IMG/VR virus record: IMGVR_UViG_3300020165_000002
DNA from: a virus
DNA: 63,888 nt
Strand: one strand, 5' to 3'
Under the pieces are notes generated by a model. The model saw nothing but the letters and a program-made list of their open reading frames with translations, was not told the origin of the DNA and ran no database searches. Of the stretch, positions 62,833 to 63,888 are shown in pieces. The first letter of the stretch is position 1, and the number at the start of each line of letters is the position of its first letter. Made by a program: the position numbers and the translations under genes.

Positions 62833-63888
62833 ATGGCAGTACCTGGAAGCGGAAGTTTGAGTTTAGCGGCTATAGCTGCTGAAAAATTAGAAAACGACTA
62901 TACTGATGTAGATACAAGCTATGGCCCATATAGTCTAAGAGATATTACTTTGGGTGGCGCAACAACAGTTAATGGTGAAGACTATGACGTTACAAACGCT
63001 ATAAGCCCTTCTCACCCTGATAATGATCCTAGTTATGGCATGAGTGAGTTTTATTCTTACGATCATGATTTTGCTGCGCCATCCTGTAACTTAGCTTATG
63101 AGTCAGGAGAAAATGGCGAGTTTAATTATCCTATGAATTTAGGAACAGCAACTGGTGTTATTAGAATAGATTATGAAGCTTTCAGTGTTCCTGATAGGTT
63201 CGAATTTACTTGGAATGGTAATACTTATATAAGCGGGAGTTCTTCTGGTAATTATGATGGATATGTAGGATTATCTAGTCAAACTAACGCCTTAAGAACT
63301 GCGCTTGGAAATAATACCGTAGAAGTATATTCAAATAACCAAGGAGGTATTTACACTGGAGGAAGAGGTTACATAGAGTTTAATAAAAACACATCAGCTT
63401 CATCAGCTAACATGAATGTTAATGCGCCAATATCAGGAACAGGGTGGTGGTTTTCCGTGAGTTGTCCTGGTATGCAAGTTATAGCTGATGATCCAGGTAT
63501 AGCACCAACTGTAACAGCTAGTACACAAAGTGTAAATATAAGTAGCCTTTCAATGATTGGTAATGTAACAAGCAAGGGTTTAACTTCTGATTTTACAACT
63601 GAAGGGACTATATCAGCAAAAGGTTTTGCGGTAATGCTGGGTCAAACAAACACTTCTCAGTTTATTATAGGTGACACTGGTGTAACTGATGTTCCTGAAG
63701 ATGATAGTACTATAGATGTAACTGGCGCATTTTATGAGAGTGTATCTAGTACTCCTTCCATAAACGGTACTGTAATAACAAACGATGCATCTAATGTAAC
63801 GGAAACTAGTTTTACTGGTAGCTTAAATAAAAGCTCATTTGGAACAACACCTAATTCATTTAGAGCATACGCAACAAATGTAGCGGGT
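62833..63888 (+). CDS. N-terminal part of the junction-spanning fibre/adhesin-like protein (no stop in window; continues at base 1)
   Basis: ATG at 62833, 2 nt after the previous stop. I translated all 352 codons to the window end without a stop. The ORF is missing from the track because it is open-ended. Confidence 0.7.
   Translation, partial: MAVPGSGSLSLAAIAAEKLENDYTDVDTSYGPYSLRDITLGGATTVNGEDYDVTNAISPSHPDNDPSYGMSEFYSYDHDFAAPSCNLAYESGENGEFNYPMNLGTATGVIRIDYEAFSVPDRFEFTWNGNTYISGSSSGNYDGYVGLSSQTNALRTALGNNTVEVYSNNQGGIYTGGRGYIEFNKNTSASSANMNVNAPISGTGWWFSVSCPGMQVIADDPGIAPTVTASTQSVNISSLSMIGNVTSKGLTSDFTTEGTISAKGFAVMLGQTNTSQFIIGDTGVTDVPEDDSTIDVTGAFYESVSSTPSINGTVITNDASNVTETSFTGSLNKSSFGTTPNSFRAYATNVAG
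63762..63888. repeat. Terminal overlap, copy 2 (identical to 1-127)
   Basis: See copy 1. Confidence 0.9.

Noticed and set aside
2291-63575. About 35 short track ORFs lying antisense to, or out of frame within, larger genes. Examples: 2291..2515, 2458..3090, 3563..3769, 4176..4403, 4612..4989, 7330..7539, 7796..8026, 8353..8589, 9851..10105, 17827..18009, 20512..20808, 20817..21041, 26614..26805, 30910..31182, 30956..31171, 33333..33515, 33419..33724, 34645..34854, 35087..35290, 36943..37236, 39120..39431, 40754..41014, 43734..43922, 44796..45050, 45174..45356, 46031..46393, 51984..52259, 59467..59688, 60040..60282, 61282..61506, 61828..62238, 63369..63575
   Set aside because: Each is fully embedded in a longer ORF that has recognisable motifs or synteny. 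Their sequences are low-complexity (L/F/S/I-rich), as expected from antisense reading of AT-rich genes.
1-63888. Lysogeny module, CRISPR array, reverse transcriptase/DGR, retron, or transposase
   Set aside because: No integrase-, repressor-, RT- or transposase-like ORF was seen, and no repeat-spacer structure. The element looks like a virulent phage genome, not a prophage or a mobile-element carrier.

Overview
The window is a complete, circularly closed genome of an AT-rich tailed dsDNA phage. There are 63,761 unique bp; bases 1-127 are identical to 63762-63888, and one ORF reads in frame through that junction. No integrase, repressor, DNA polymerase or RNA polymerase is recognisable by eye. 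The host is probably a member of the Bacteroidetes (Flavobacteriia-like). This is inferred from TAnnTTTG promoter boxes 15-30 nt upstream of start codons, the lack of Shine-Dalgarno sites, and an FN3/Ig-like '..RAYATNVAGTTY..' module.

Layout:
- A + strand arc runs from 43174 through the junction to 27250. It carries small basic proteins, a GroEL/GroES pair, a lysis cassette, tail fibres/spikes, terL, portal, scaffold, capsid, and a T7-like series of tail and internal-core genes with three giant ORFs (1773, 2173 and 2346 aa).
- A - strand arc runs from 42141 down to 27247. It carries early genes, one tRNA-Glu and a replication/recombination module: primase-helicase, replisome organiser, DnaA-domain-IV-like protein, SSB-like protein, RecB-type exonuclease, MazG-like protein and a metallophosphoesterase.
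- The two arcs diverge from a ~1-kb ORF-free control region (42142-43173).

The most unusual signal is at the DNA level. The word (A/G)TGATTGTGA occurs 23 times, always on the + strand, whatever the gene orientation or reading frame. Its density rises steadily toward 42.7 kb, stops abruptly there, and is zero over the remaining ~22 kb. Several copies are coupled to a second word, AGTCGCAT, which also forms an 11-bp tandem array at 36.7 kb. A GC-rich array with 19-bp spacing sits at 41.6 kb.

Other points of interest are the phage chaperonin pair, a cluster of tiny lysine-rich Cys-containing proteins, an early-region M42-like peptidase fused to a zinc ribbon, and a VWA/MIDAS domain at the end of the 1773-aa tail protein. 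All calls were made by eye from sequence and translations; no database search was run.
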